A DNA stretch of 64,000 nucleotides from a virus: positions 40,287 through 104,286 of IMG/VR virus record IMGVR_UViG_3300037258_000352. The stretch is one strand, 5' to 3'. Of this stretch, positions 20,194-30,062 are shown one piece after another; the stretch's first letter is position 1, and each line of letters starts with the position of its first letter. Under the pieces are notes generated by a model. That model saw nothing but the letters and a program-made list of their open reading frames with translations. It searched no databases and had not been told where the DNA came from. Position numbers and translations under genes: made by a program.

Positions 20194-20974
20194 CCGCGCG
20201 CTGCTGCACATCGTCCACATGGACGACTCCTTTACCGAAGTCGAGGTGGGCGTCGAGGGTGCGCAGCACTGGTTACACACCCCGATGGGTCTGGTCATCG
20301 ACGCCGGTGACGACACGGGCATGTGGACCCGGTGGCCGTTCGCGACGGTCAAGAGCTACACCGTGACCCCCATCGATGGCACCAACGACGTCGCCGCCCT
20401 GGACCCGGGCACCACCACAGCCGGGTCTGACGCCGGCGTCATAGACCCGGACGACGTGACCGAGCCCGGGACCCGATGGTCGACGCTGTGCGTCCGAGAC
20501 GGCCGGCAGGACGGGGCAGTGACCGTCGGGGACTCCCGGCTCCCCGCCGCGGTGGTCCTCGACTCAATCCGGGTCCGTGGCGTAGCAGAAGCCGCGCGGA
20601 TGTGGCCGGCGCTGACTGACGACGACCTCAGGGTGTTGACGACTCTGGTGGTGGACCTCGACATGCGGGCCGCCACCACCGAACGGCCCGGGCCGTCGAC
20701 GGTGACCAACCCGCACCGGGTCCAGCTGTGCTGGGTCGACGACCAGAACCACGGGCGGGTCAGTGTGTTCCCGAACCGGGCCCCGGTCCACTCGATGGTC
20801 GCCCGGGTCCTGGCCGGGGAGGACCTCGGGGCCGTCGCCCGGGACTACGACATCCCCCGCCACGAGCTGGCGGTCGTGGTCCGGCTCGCGGAGGAACTGA
20901 TCACCAACGTCGACGGACCCGAGCACCTCGGGGCACCCGACCGGGCCACCTACGAGCAGCAGGGAGGGTTCTGA
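20186..20974 (+). CDS. Protein with two DUF433-like HTH domains
   Basis: GAVTVGDSRLPA..V; GRVSV..NRAPV..MV....AGEDL..VARDYDI. Confidence 0.65.
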   Translation: MSDRALLHIVHMDDSFTEVEVGVEGAQHWLHTPMGLVIDAGDDTGMWTRWPFATVKSYTVTPIDGTNDVAALDPGTTTAGSDAGVIDPDDVTEPGTRWSTLCVRDGRQDGAVTVGDSRLPAAVVLDSIRVRGVAEAARMWPALTDDDLRVLTTLVVDLDMRAATTERPGPSTVTNPHRVQLCWVDDQNHGRVSVFPNRAPVHSMVARVLAGEDLGAVARDYDIPRHELAVVVRLAEELITNVDGPEHLGAPDRATYEQQGGF

Positions 20975-21582
20975 TGTCCCGGGGCGCCCGGTGGGTCACC
21001 GCGGTCCTCGTCGCGGCTGGTGTCGCTGTGGCGGGGTGTCAGAGCACCACCGCGACCCGGTCCCCGATCGTGATCTCGGCGGTGGACCCGGGGACGGTCG
21101 CGCCACCGTATGACCGGGACAAGGATTTCGGTCGGGGGTGGGCCACCGTCCACGGGCACTGCGACACCCGCGAAGCCGTCCTCGAGCGTGACGCTGCGCT
21201 CAACGCGGTCGACACCGACGGTGACGGCTGCAAAGACGACGGCCCGATCGTCGATTTGTACACCGGGAACACGATCCTGCCGGCGCAGGCGCAGATCGAC
21301 CACGTGTACTCCCTGCGGCAGGCGTGGGTGGGGGGTGCGTGGAAGTGGAGCGCGGTGCAGCGCCGGATATTCGCGTTGGACATGGGGAACCTGCGGGCGG
21401 TGACCAGCGCGGTGAACGACCGCAAGGGGGACCTCGGACCAAGCCAGTGGCGCCCGCCGGCGCGGTCCGGGTGGTGCGGTTACCAGATGATTTTCAGGGC
21501 GACAGCGGTCCGGTGGAACCTGCCGATCACCCCCGCCGACGACACCGCTCTGCGGGACATGGCCGGGACCTGCCCCAAATAG
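20974..21582 (+). CDS. Secreted lipoprotein HNH nuclease (DUF1524-like)
   Basis: Lipobox VAGC; YDR..FG..W, CDTREAVL.RD, QIDHV, NL.AV....N..KGD. Confidence 0.85.
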   Translation: MSRGARWVTAVLVAAGVAVAGCQSTTATRSPIVISAVDPGTVAPPYDRDKDFGRGWATVHGHCDTREAVLERDAALNAVDTDGDGCKDDGPIVDLYTGNTILPAQAQIDHVYSLRQAWVGGAWKWSAVQRRIFALDMGNLRAVTSAVNDRKGDLGPSQWRPPARSGWCGYQMIFRATAVRWNLPITPADDTALRDMAGTCPK

Positions 21583-21584
21583 CA

Positions 21585-21626
21585 ACCGGCCCCGGCAGGT
21601 GATCTGGGGGGCCTGCCAGGGCCGGT
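21585..21626. terminator. Hairpin between convergent blocks
   Basis: ACCGGCCCCGGCAGG...CCTGCCAGGGCCGGT. Confidence 0.65.
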
Positions 21627-21670
21627 GGGGGTGGGACGGAGGATCCCTTGGGGCCCTCAGATTACCTCAT

Positions 21671-21988
21671 TCAGCGGCGGTGGCCACGGTCGTCGCCGCC
21701 ACGATCATTCCAATGGCCGCGACCGTCGTTCTGCCAGTGATCCCACGACCCGTGGCCGTAGCGGTCACCGTGCCAGTACCAGCGGGTGTTCTGGTAGCAG
21801 GCCTGGTTCCACCGGTTACGCCAGTCATCACAATCGACCCACCAGTACGGCTGAGCGACGGACACAGCGGGGGCAGACGACGCGGCGGGGGTCACAGTGG
21901 CAGCGGACGCGCTACCGGCACCGAGTACAGCGGTCGCGGCTCCAGCAACGAGCAGAGCGATGGTCCCACGTGTGGCATGTCCAACCAT
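21671..21988 (-). CDS. Small secreted protein, W/H/D/G/R-rich tail
   Basis: Signal peptide ending ASA-A; low-complexity C-terminus. Confidence 0.65.
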   Translation of the reverse strand: MVGHATRGTIALLVAGAATAVLGAGSASAATVTPAASSAPAVSVAQPYWWVDCDDWRNRWNQACYQNTRWYWHGDRYGHGSWDHWQNDGRGHWNDRGGDDRGHRR

Positions 21989-22428
21989 TCGGGATCTCCC
22001 TTGCATCGAATCGGGTAGTACCCCATTGAGGACGCTGGGTGTCGTGTAGTCGTTGCCCGACTGGGCGGTAATCTAGACTGAGGGTGTAGCCGGTGGGGTG
22101 ATGTACGTCGTTAGACGTAGTTACCGTCGCCCGGGTCGATTTCTAGTTGCTCAGGTGGGATGTCTTCCCAGCCGGCGCTGTCTGCTGCGATCGCGCGGCA
22201 GTCCACGCACAGCAGGTGCGGTTCCCCCATGTACGCCGCCGGCATGACAGCGACCCCACCGCATTCCTCGACCTTCGGCACCGCACCCGTTACGAGGGAA
22301 TGCGCGGTGTAAGCCCACCGCTGCCGGCAGACCCCGTCTCCACCGGTGACCCACCCGTTGATCGGATCAACCACGGGGGGTTCATCACTGGTCATCGCGC
22401 TCATGCACCTCCAACACCGCCGACCGGT

Positions 22429-23037
22429 CTAGTACGTCGATCGCACTTCTAGGTAGAGGGCTGACGGTGCAGGTGGAGGGTCGATGCGGCACGACTTACT
22501 CATATGGCGGGAATCGTCGTCAGCGACCAGCCGCAACCCAGGAAGGTCCCGGCGCGGACCACGGGCGAGGGCATCGCAGCACGCTTTAAGTAAGGGCCAC
22601 CGGTTGTCTTCGTCCGCTCCCCGATTGTGGCCCGGTGCCCACACGAGGACGACGTCCATATGCCGGCAGGGCTGTAAACCAGATCTGGTGGCGACGACCG
22701 TGACGGCGTCGATGACTTCTTTCACTGCATGATGACGCTTCGTCCAGTGCGCCCGGGAGTTCGCTTGCAGCGGGTCCCAGATGGGTCGGTGGGTGACCAC
22801 CTTGCGTGTTTTCTGGTTGATCTTCGGCCAGCCACCCCGACCTGTTTTGACCTCGAAAGCGGTATCCCACCTCGGTAGCGGGAGGATCACCCACCCGTCT
22901 GGCGGAGGATCATCGAGGACAATGAGGTCCGCGATTGGTCCTCGGGTAGCCCGGTCCACGGGAAGTTCGAGCCCGTCGAGGGGGATCTGCCCGAAGTTAT
23001 GACGGACGGTCACTGTGGATCCCCCGGCATCCGCCAC
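22429..23037 (-). CDS. RusA-like Holliday junction resolvase
   Basis: N...HW..R; DEDN....KACCDAL...DDD. Confidence 0.75.
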   Translation of the reverse strand: MADAGGSTVTVRHNFGQIPLDGLELPVDRATRGPIADLIVLDDPPPDGWVILPLPRWDTAFEVKTGRGGWPKINQKTRKVVTHRPIWDPLQANSRAHWTKRHHAVKEVIDAVTVVATRSGLQPCRHMDVVLVWAPGHNRGADEDNRWPLLKACCDALARGPRRDLPGLRLVADDDSRHMSKSCRIDPPPAPSALYLEVRSTY

Positions 23038-23932
23038 TGCCCGTCCGCGGTGAGCGCGTCCTCAACCCCACCCGCTGCTGCTGTGTACCCCCCGGAGCGG
23101 GTGAAGTGGTCACCCCTGGCGCGTTGCCGCCACTCCGCGACCAGGACCCGCAGTTGCCCTCTCAGAGCGCCGTGGCGCAACGCGGCCTGTCGGGAGTACT
23201 CCGCGCACGCGCACCGGCACGACCCGTGGTCATCCATGATCTGGTTCCGTCGGGCGGGCGCGGGTGTTCGCGGCGATGATGTGAGTCAGGAGCGTTTTCG
23301 TGTCCGTCGTTAGCGCGTCCTCAACGTCGCCGGCGGCCACGTCGTACGCCACCCCGACCGCGATGTTCCCGGTGGTGCCCCGCACGCGCAGAGTCCGTGC
23401 CAGGGCCCGCCACCCCACCGCCGCAGTGGTCAAGGTGTCCCGGAACGCGGCGTGAGCGAGCGCGATTTGGGAACACAGTTCCCCGTCGGGGTTGTCGACC
23501 GCGCGGGTCAGGTACTCCGTATCAGTGGGCAAGTCGGGACCGTATTCGAGCCCGGACTCGACGTTGACCCACGTAGCACCTTCCCTCCTGACTAGGAGGT
23601 GACTGGTCAGGCCGTAGGGGATCACCGCGACCTCAGGGAAATTAACCACCGTTAACCACCCCTGACCTGGATGTTTGTGGGGTTCGCTGCCCACCGCAGC
23701 AGCGCGCGGCCGGTGGGTGTCAACCGGTGGCGTTCCCCGGGGTCGACTAGGCCACGGCGGGTGAGCGCGGCCAGGAGACGGGGGGTGCCGATCACGAGTT
23801 GCGCCGCGTCGGGGCCGTGGGTGGCCAGGGTGACCCGGAACGACGTCCGCATGTTCTCCGTCAATAGTCCCCAGGTGTGGTCGGCGTACCCACCGCCGGG
23901 GAGCTCCACCCGCGACACGGGGACCGTCCTAG

Positions 23933-24394
23933 TCATCGCCGGACCGTCCCGTCGGGGCGGGTGACTACACCCGTCGCGTGGGCGTTCAGGGTGATCCCGT
24001 CCCCGAGGGACTCGGCCAACTCCGGGCCGGTCGCGGTCCCCGCGCTGGGCGTGTTGGCCGGCGGGGCGGTAGCGAAGTGGGTACCGAGGACGACCCACGT
24101 GATCGTGCCGGTGATCTCCGCGCGGTCGGTGTAGTTGTCGGGGTCGCCAGCGACGGCTTGGGTGATGGTGAGGTCCCCGCTGTGCGGGCCGCGGCGTTCC
24201 TGGTGGATCAGCCACACCTCGTCGACGAGGGTGATGCTCAGAACGGTCCCGTCGCTGAACGCGAGGAGCCCACCGACGCTGTCGTGGGAGTCGCATGGGC
24301 TTTCGCCCTCAGTGTTGAGGGCGAAGAACTCTTCGCAGATGTCGCCGTCGATTTCGATGAGGTCGTCGCTGGCGCCGGTGATGATCACACTCAT
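23933..24394 (-). CDS. Phage hypothetical protein
   Basis: ITGASDDLIEIDGDI.EEF...FSDGT. Confidence 0.75.
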   Translation of the reverse strand: MSVIITGASDDLIEIDGDICEEFFALNTEGESPCDSHDSVGGLLAFSDGTVLSITLVDEVWLIHQERRGPHSGDLTITQAVAGDPDNYTDRAEITGTITWVVLGTHFATAPPANTPSAGTATGPELAESLGDGITLNAHATGVVTRPDGTVRR

Positions 24395-24810
24395 GGTGTC
24401 CTCCGTGGTGGTTGGTGGTGGAGCAGTGGGAGCAGCCCCGCTGCTTCGAGTTCCGCTTTCTTCGCTGCGATGACCTCCGCGAGGTCCCGTTGCACCGGCC
24501 CGGGTGGTGGCGTGAGCACCGCGGACGGTGTGGCGTGTTTGTGGGGTCGCTGCGTCGCCCACGCGTGGATCAACGCGACGAGCCGGGCGGTTTTAGCGTC
24601 CACGGTGGTTTCCTCCTCCATAGGTGTTCGCGAGGAGATCCTCGACCTCCCGGGGGACGACGCCGGCGACGTGGTTGACGACGAACCGTGATAGCGCGAC
24701 CAGGACCCGTTGGGTCCGCGCGGCTTGCCGGGTCATCCCGATCACGAGGACCAGGTTCACGCCACCTACTAGGACCGTGACACCGACCACGAACAACGCC
24801 ATGTGCTGAC

Positions 24811-25125
24811 TCATGGCGCGGGGGTGTGGTTAGCCATCCGGTCGATGACCCGCAGGGCCTCAATGAAATCGTCCTGGGTGGGTTCCGCGTCAGCGTCGGC
24901 GTACCGGACCACCGCGGTCGCGAGGGTCTCAGCGGCGTACTGGGACCCGACGGTGAGCATCACGAGCCGTTGCTCACCGGTCGCGACGGCCGCGTCAACG
25001 AACTGTGCCGCTTTCACGTGGAGAGCCTCGTCGTCGGCGGGTCCGATGGTGGTGTTCCACCGGTGGTGCAGGAGCAGGTGCAGTGCTTTCACCGCATCCT
25101 CCCGGTGTTGATCATCGGTTTGCAT
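24811..25125 (-). CDS. Hypothetical protein
   Basis: GACACGGAGG at 25140-25131. Confidence 0.65.
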   Translation of the reverse strand: MQTDDQHREDAVKALHLLLHHRWNTTIGPADDEALHVKAAQFVDAAVATGEQRLVMLTVGSQYAAETLATAVVRYADADAEPTQDDFIEALRVIDRMANHTPAP

Positions 25126-26020
25126 GGTGTCCTCCGTGTCATTCCCCGGTTTCGATGGTGATCATTCGAGGGCCGGATCCCCGCGTGATCCGGCCTTTCG
25201 TCACGAGCTCTTGGAGTTGGTAGGCGACGCTCGACGGGGAACTCCACCCGCCGGGCGTCGTCGTTACGGCCGGCGACCGCTGTCGCGTGGTGACAAGCCG
25301 CGTCTCTCGGTAAGCCGATCAGGTCGGGGTGCTCGATGTACTCGGCAGGGTAGTTCTCCCGGGCGTACACCCCACCCTCACGGTTCCGTTTCCACACGTG
25401 CATCAGCGCGGCGCCCTTGTCGAGGTCGCTCATCTGGTCCCACGGTGGCAGTCTGGACGCCTCTAGCCACTGCTTGGGGTGAGTTCCCCCACCGAGGCAC
25501 CGGTTCAGGCGGGGGCCGTGACCCAACAGGACCGGCATGCCGCGATTCTGCCGTTTCGCCCACGGCACGACCTGGTCGCACACGATGCACGCCCCGAACC
25601 CGAACTTGATCTCCCGATATGGCATTGCCGTCCTCCGTGTCTGCTGGTGAGCCGCTGCTACTCCTGGTCGCTTCCTCCGGTGGGGTCTGGTGAGTCGCCG
25701 AACGTTTCCTCGTACGTCCCGCCGCATCCTTCGCAACCCATGGTCACCTCCCCTCGGTCGGTTGGTCCCGTTCTGGTGAGTTACGCGTCGGTGTGGTGGG
25801 TGTCAGTCCTGGGTGGCCTCCTGGGGGTAGGCGATCGCGTCGGGTTGGTGGCCCTCGTCGAGGGACCGCTCAATGAACTCCTCGGGGGTTTCCCCGACGT
25901 GGCGGTGACCCGCGCCGTACTGGCCGCGACCCTCCGAACTCGTGCTGCGCATCAGCGTGATCTCCGTTCTGTGATAGTGGCCGGGCCGTGGGGCAGGCCG
26001 GGCCCGGCACGTGTAACCCG

Positions 26021-26248
26021 TTATGCGGCCCAGTAAGCGCTGCGGCGCGCCACCAACGCCCGACCTAGCTGAGGGTGGTTCGCGGTGTGCACGACACCGT
26101 GTACCGCTGCCCTCGACAACCGACCGGACTTGCTGAGCGTCGCGATCCCGGACTGAGTGATCTCGGCTGCGAGGACTGGTTTCCCTATGCGGGTCGCGTT
26201 CACGGTGCACACCTTGCAGGTGCACTCAACGCGGGTGGTCTCATCCAT
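26021..26248 (-). CDS. Small CxCxxC protein
   Basis: ECTCKVC; preceded by cassette. Confidence 0.7.
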   Translation of the reverse strand: MDETTRVECTCKVCTVNATRIGKPVLAAEITQSGIATLSKSGRLSRAAVHGVVHTANHPQLGRALVARRSAYWAA

Positions 26249-26253
26249 GTCAG

Positions 26254-26321
26254 CCTCCGTGTCTCGCGGGGTCCCGTTGACCCTCACACCTATGTATCGC
26301 CGGGTCGGGCCCGGGTGTTAC
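26254..26321 (-). promoter_or_regulatory. ECF promoter + hairpin + extended SD cassette
   Basis: GTAAC(26321-26317)-N17-CGAT; GGGTC-AACGG-GACCC; GACACGGAGG. Confidence 0.8.
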
Positions 26322-26635
26322 AGCTGACCCCCGATCATTTCCGTCATGACAGCCCGCATTACCTGACCGTCATCAACAGACCCCCGCGAGCGTCCCCGTC
26401 GTTTCGGGCAGGGCTTTCTCCGTGCGTCGATCGGTCCGTTGGATGAGCTGTACGACGGGCCCGCGACCGCAGTCGCGCCGCAACGCTGGCAGGTCCCAAT
26501 TTTGTGGTAGGAGTGGCCAGCGCGGTGGGAGTTGGGTCCGACGACCCATTTCAGTTCGTGGCCGTGGCCGGCTGCGCGTCGTGTGAGGGTCCGCACGGTG
26601 TGCTCGGTCTCTTCGATTTCGAGTTGAGTGGCCAC
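26318..26635 (-). CDS. Putative Zn-binding hypothetical protein
   Basis: GH.L.W...CQRCG...C; TAA stop inside GTAAC box. Confidence 0.7.
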   Translation of the reverse strand: MATQLEIEETEHTVRTLTRRAAGHGHELKWVVGPNSHRAGHSYHKIGTCQRCGATAVAGPSYSSSNGPIDARRKPCPKRRGRSRGSVDDGQVMRAVMTEMIGGQL

Positions 26636-26644
26636 GATCGTTGC

Positions 26645-26708
26645 CCTCCGTGTCTGGTTGGTCCGCACCAACACCCACAACACTACATGCGAGGGTACCA
26701 ACCGTCAA
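26645..26708 (-). promoter_or_regulatory. Housekeeping promoter + hairpin + extended SD cassette
   Basis: TTGACG-N17-TAGTGT; GTTGG-TGCGGA-CCAAC; GACACGGAGG. Confidence 0.8.
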
Positions 26709-27145
26709 TGGTGGGTTCCTGCGACTCGTGGTCGGGAACGGGGACGCTCCGGACCGGTCTCCCCCGCGTCATCCACAACCGGCCACTCCCCCAACACCAC
26801 AAGCTCAACCTCAGTCACCCCGACCCGCAGATGCCCGACCCCCGTGACCGTGTTCCACCACCACCACTCCCGATCGTTCCCGACACCAACTAGCGCGCGG
26901 ACAGCTTCCCGCTCCACTACACCAGCCGATCGGATCCGGGTCGTTAGCCCAGGGTCAGACAGTGAAACGCTCGCATGCCAAACTGGCTTGCCGTCGGATA
27001 AGCGCGCTCAACGGTCAACCGCGAGAATGATCGTGATCAGGTTCCCCCCTGGGATAATCCTGCGCTGGGTCAGCGGAGGTAGATCTTCTGGGTTGTTCGC
27101 CCGGTTCAGAGGATGCTCAAGGGCATATCTCTGCTGGTCATCCAT
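26705..27145 (-). pseudogene. Hypothetical gene interrupted by a single in-frame TGA
   Basis: 146-codon frame from ATG 27145 with TGA at codon 46 (27010-27008); continues ARLSDGKPVWHASVS... Confidence 0.55.
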
Positions 27146-27166
27146 TACACACTCACTTTCTGGTTA

Positions 27167-27191
27167 ATCGCCGAGTCGAACTTCCGGTTAC
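27167..27191 (-). promoter_or_regulatory. ECF promoter, 16-nt spacer variant
   Basis: GTAAC-N16-CGAT, intergenic. Confidence 0.5.
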
Positions 27192-27209
27192 CTTGCCGGT
27201 CCGGGCGGA

Positions 27210-27731
27210 TCACAGGACCGCCGTGAGGACCGCAGCAGCACCCAACCACGCGCAGTGCCACGACTGATCCAGCGCGTACGCACCGGTACCGAGTGTTGAG
27301 TTGTCCCACTCAACTGGATCATCCTTTCCGGCCTCGTACAAATCCACTACGACGGTGTCGTTGGAGTCCCACGCAGCAAGATGTCGTGGCTGTCCGAGCT
27401 GGTAGAACCCACTCTTCCCGAGCCTGTCGCAGAGCCGTTGCAGCGTGAATCGGCGGTCGGCCCAGTAGTGCGTCACCCCAGACACGACCTGGCCGACGGC
27501 GAACCCCCACCACGTGATGGGTAGGTCGAACCCCCACCACACCGCACCCACCGCCGCTGCAGTGGTCAGGGTGTAGGTCAGGACATGCACACCGCACGCA
27601 CGGCGACCTGGCCACCCAGGGAGCTCCTTATCCCGTTCCTGGTCCCCGGTCTGAATCCAATGGTCGGCCACCGAGTGCGCGATCAGCAGCGTCACCGCGA
27701 CCACCGCGAACGTCGGACCAGATGGCGTCAC
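27210..27731 (-). CDS. DUF3307-like membrane protein
   Basis: AHSVADHWIQT, HV..Y, THYWADRR, LDQSWH. Confidence 0.85.
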   Translation of the reverse strand: MTPSGPTFAVVAVTLLIAHSVADHWIQTGDQERDKELPGWPGRRACGVHVLTYTLTTAAAVGAVWWGFDLPITWWGFAVGQVVSGVTHYWADRRFTLQRLCDRLGKSGFYQLGQPRHLAAWDSNDTVVVDLYEAGKDDPVEWDNSTLGTGAYALDQSWHCAWLGAAAVLTAVL

Positions 27732-28515
27732 GCCGGGACCTCCCCATCGGTGCCGGCGCGTTCCACCGCGGTGTAGTACACCGACAACTTGACCGGGGTC
27801 AGGTTCGGGCACGGTGGGTGCTCAACACCCCACGTCAGGAAGTAGCCGTCGGGGGTGTCGTGGAGCCCGAGGTGGTAGTACCGACCGTGGTCGACCCGGA
27901 CGATGACCGGCTGGACGTCGTAGGCGTCGAGGACCGGACCCAGCTTCGGGCGTTGACTGAGCAGCTCAAGGTCCGTACGCCACTGGGCACCCTTGCGACC
28001 CCGTTTCGGGATCAACCATTCCCGTTCCAGGTTAGCTGACAGCCCTTCCGGGGCCTCCTGGCCGTCCGCGACGACGAACCCGAGACACTCCAGCTCGTAG
28101 CCCGCGCGGCGGTGCCACGTCGAGTCGACGCCCGGGTGGGCTTGTTTCCACGGGGTCATCACCTCGTCGTGGAACTGTTTGATCCGCGCGGACAGGGCCC
28201 GCAATGCCCCCGCGAGCTCGTCGCTCGCGCGGTAGGCGTACTTACTATTCGTGGTCATCGCTTCCTCGTTTCTGCGCTGCGGGAACTCGTCCCAGGGCCG
28301 GCTACGTGAACTCAAACAGGAGGGGGTGCCGTGACTTCGGTGGATCCACGACTCACCCTGGGACCGCACGATCACCGCGTCGGTGCAGTTCCGGCACACA
28401 CCGACCAGCGCGTACCCCACCCGCTCAGCCACGCGCGGGACCACACGCGCCACTGAAACGGGGATCGGATCAGCGGTGGTCCCGGCGATGGCGTGGGCGA
28501 CTAGATCGCGGGTGC

Positions 28516-29895
28516 TCATCGGGGGAACTCGTCCCAGGTTCGGCCGTCGAGGTCCCGGCCGCCGGCTTTAGGGGTCCGCCCGCCCCATTGTTTGAACAGG
28601 AACGGGACCCGCGCTGTCGTGGCCTGGTCCCGTAGCGCCCGGACCCAGTCCGGGTTCATCGGGCGGGTCACGGCACCCGACTCGCCCCCGACGATGACCC
28701 AGTCGATCCGGTGGCCGTAGGTGCCGGCGTGGGAGGACTTGCACTTGCAGTCGTCGACGCGGTCCACGAACCGGTTAGCGATCGAGCACCAGCCCTTATC
28801 GAGTCGCGGCGCGAGGGTCATGAACCGGTCGAGGTCCACCGCGGTCAGCAGCGGCTCACACGACAGGAAATGCACCGCGGCGGGGGTGTCCAGCAACGCG
28901 GGGATCCGAAGCTCGGCGCGCTGCTGGTCTTCGACGCTGACCCCCAACCAGACGCAGTCAAGTACCCGACGCTCACCCGGAGACGTAGGTCGGCCATGGA
29001 TCGGCGTTGACCATTGCCGTCCAGTGAGCACGTTGCGTACCTGCGTGTCGCTAACCGGGTAGTCCTTCGCGATCGAATAAGCCGATTCGCCGGCCTCGCC
29101 GCGTGATCGAATCGTCCCGACGTCGCGTTGAGTCAGCTTGGACCACGACTGCCCCGACCCGTGTTCGATGCGGTCCCCCCAGTTTGCGACCTGCGTCCCC
29201 CACTGCAAGTTCGACCACCGGTTGTCGGCCGCGTCGCCATTGAGGTGCCGAGCCTGCTCATCTGCTCGGGGCGCCCGCGAGAACGCGTGAAGGACGGCCC
29301 GGTGCACGAGCACAGACTCACCTCTCCGCGGCGATCCCTCGCGGTGAAGACGGACCCGCATGTGCCCTTGTTCGCCTTCCTCCAGCCGCATCCCGGATCT
29401 CGTGTCGGCCCGCTTGCCGAGGATCTGGCCGCTGGTGGTGACGACGTATCCAGGGAAGCCGGGCACGGGCGCCTCCAGGTAAGGCTCCTCGATCTCCCCT
29501 GAGTACCAGCGGCGAACCCACGAACGCATCCGGCCGTGCCGTTTAGTTAGGATCTGATACCTGTGCTGCGGGGCGGCCCCCATTGACTGCCAGACACGGG
29601 CGATGAACTCGTCAGGAACGTCCTTATGAAACAAATCCGACATCGAATTGACGAATATCAGGCGGGGTTTTTTCCACCGCAACGGTATCGACAGGGCGTC
29701 GTCGTGGATCGTGAGCCCGAACCCGGGGCCGCTGGTCCGCGGGTCCCCATCGGTTTGGTATTTCGCCTGGCCCATCCCTTTGAGCCGGCCGGCCATGGTC
29801 AGGGCGTAGCAGTTGTCGCAACCGGGGGTCACGCGGTCGCATCCGGTGGTGGGGTTCCAGACCTTGTCGGCCCACTCGATCGCGGTGTCAGCCAC
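28516..29895 (-). CDS. DUF5131 (phage Gp37/Gp68, radical-SAM-like) protein with inserted HNH domain
   Basis: IEW...WNP..GC..V.PGC.NCYA, FVNSMSDLFH, LTKR, WLGVSVEDQ, SCEPLL, WVIVGGESG, FKQWGG. Confidence 0.9.
   Translation of the reverse strand: MADTAIEWADKVWNPTTGCDRVTPGCDNCYALTMAGRLKGMGQAKYQTDGDPRTSGPGFGLTIHDDALSIPLRWKKPRLIFVNSMSDLFHKDVPDEFIARVWQSMGAAPQHRYQILTKRHGRMRSWVRRWYSGEIEEPYLEAPVPGFPGYVVTTSGQILGKRADTRSGMRLEEGEQGHMRVRLHREGSPRRGESVLVHRAVLHAFSRAPRADEQARHLNGDAADNRWSNLQWGTQVANWGDRIEHGSGQSWSKLTQRDVGTIRSRGEAGESAYSIAKDYPVSDTQVRNVLTGRQWSTPIHGRPTSPGERRVLDCVWLGVSVEDQQRAELRIPALLDTPAAVHFLSCEPLLTAVDLDRFMTLAPRLDKGWCSIANRFVDRVDDCKCKSSHAGTYGHRIDWVIVGGESGAVTRPMNPDWVRALRDQATTARVPFLFKQWGGRTPKAGGRDLDGRTWDEFPR
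29008..29478 (-). mobile_element. In-frame NUMOD4-HNH-HTH endonuclease-like insertion
   Basis: PVPGFPGYVVTTSG, VHRAVLHAF, RHLNGDAADNRWSNLQWGT..AN, SKLT...IR; boundaries approximate. Confidence 0.8.
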
Positions 29896-30062
29896 CAGTG
29901 GTCTCCACTTCGGTCATGGCGTACAGCCGCCAGTCGGTGTACCCGGCTGCCTGGCACTCCGCTAGCGATTTGCGGCCAGCGTCGAGGGTGGGGTGGACCT
30001 CCGCGTCCCAGTTCTCCACCAGCCGCCCACCTTCCGGGCCGGCGACGATGTACCCGGCGACC

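Noticed and set aside
27008-27010. Selenocysteine or genome-wide TGA recoding
   Set aside because: TGA is the normal stop throughout the window, and there is no SECIS-like context or suppressor tRNA.
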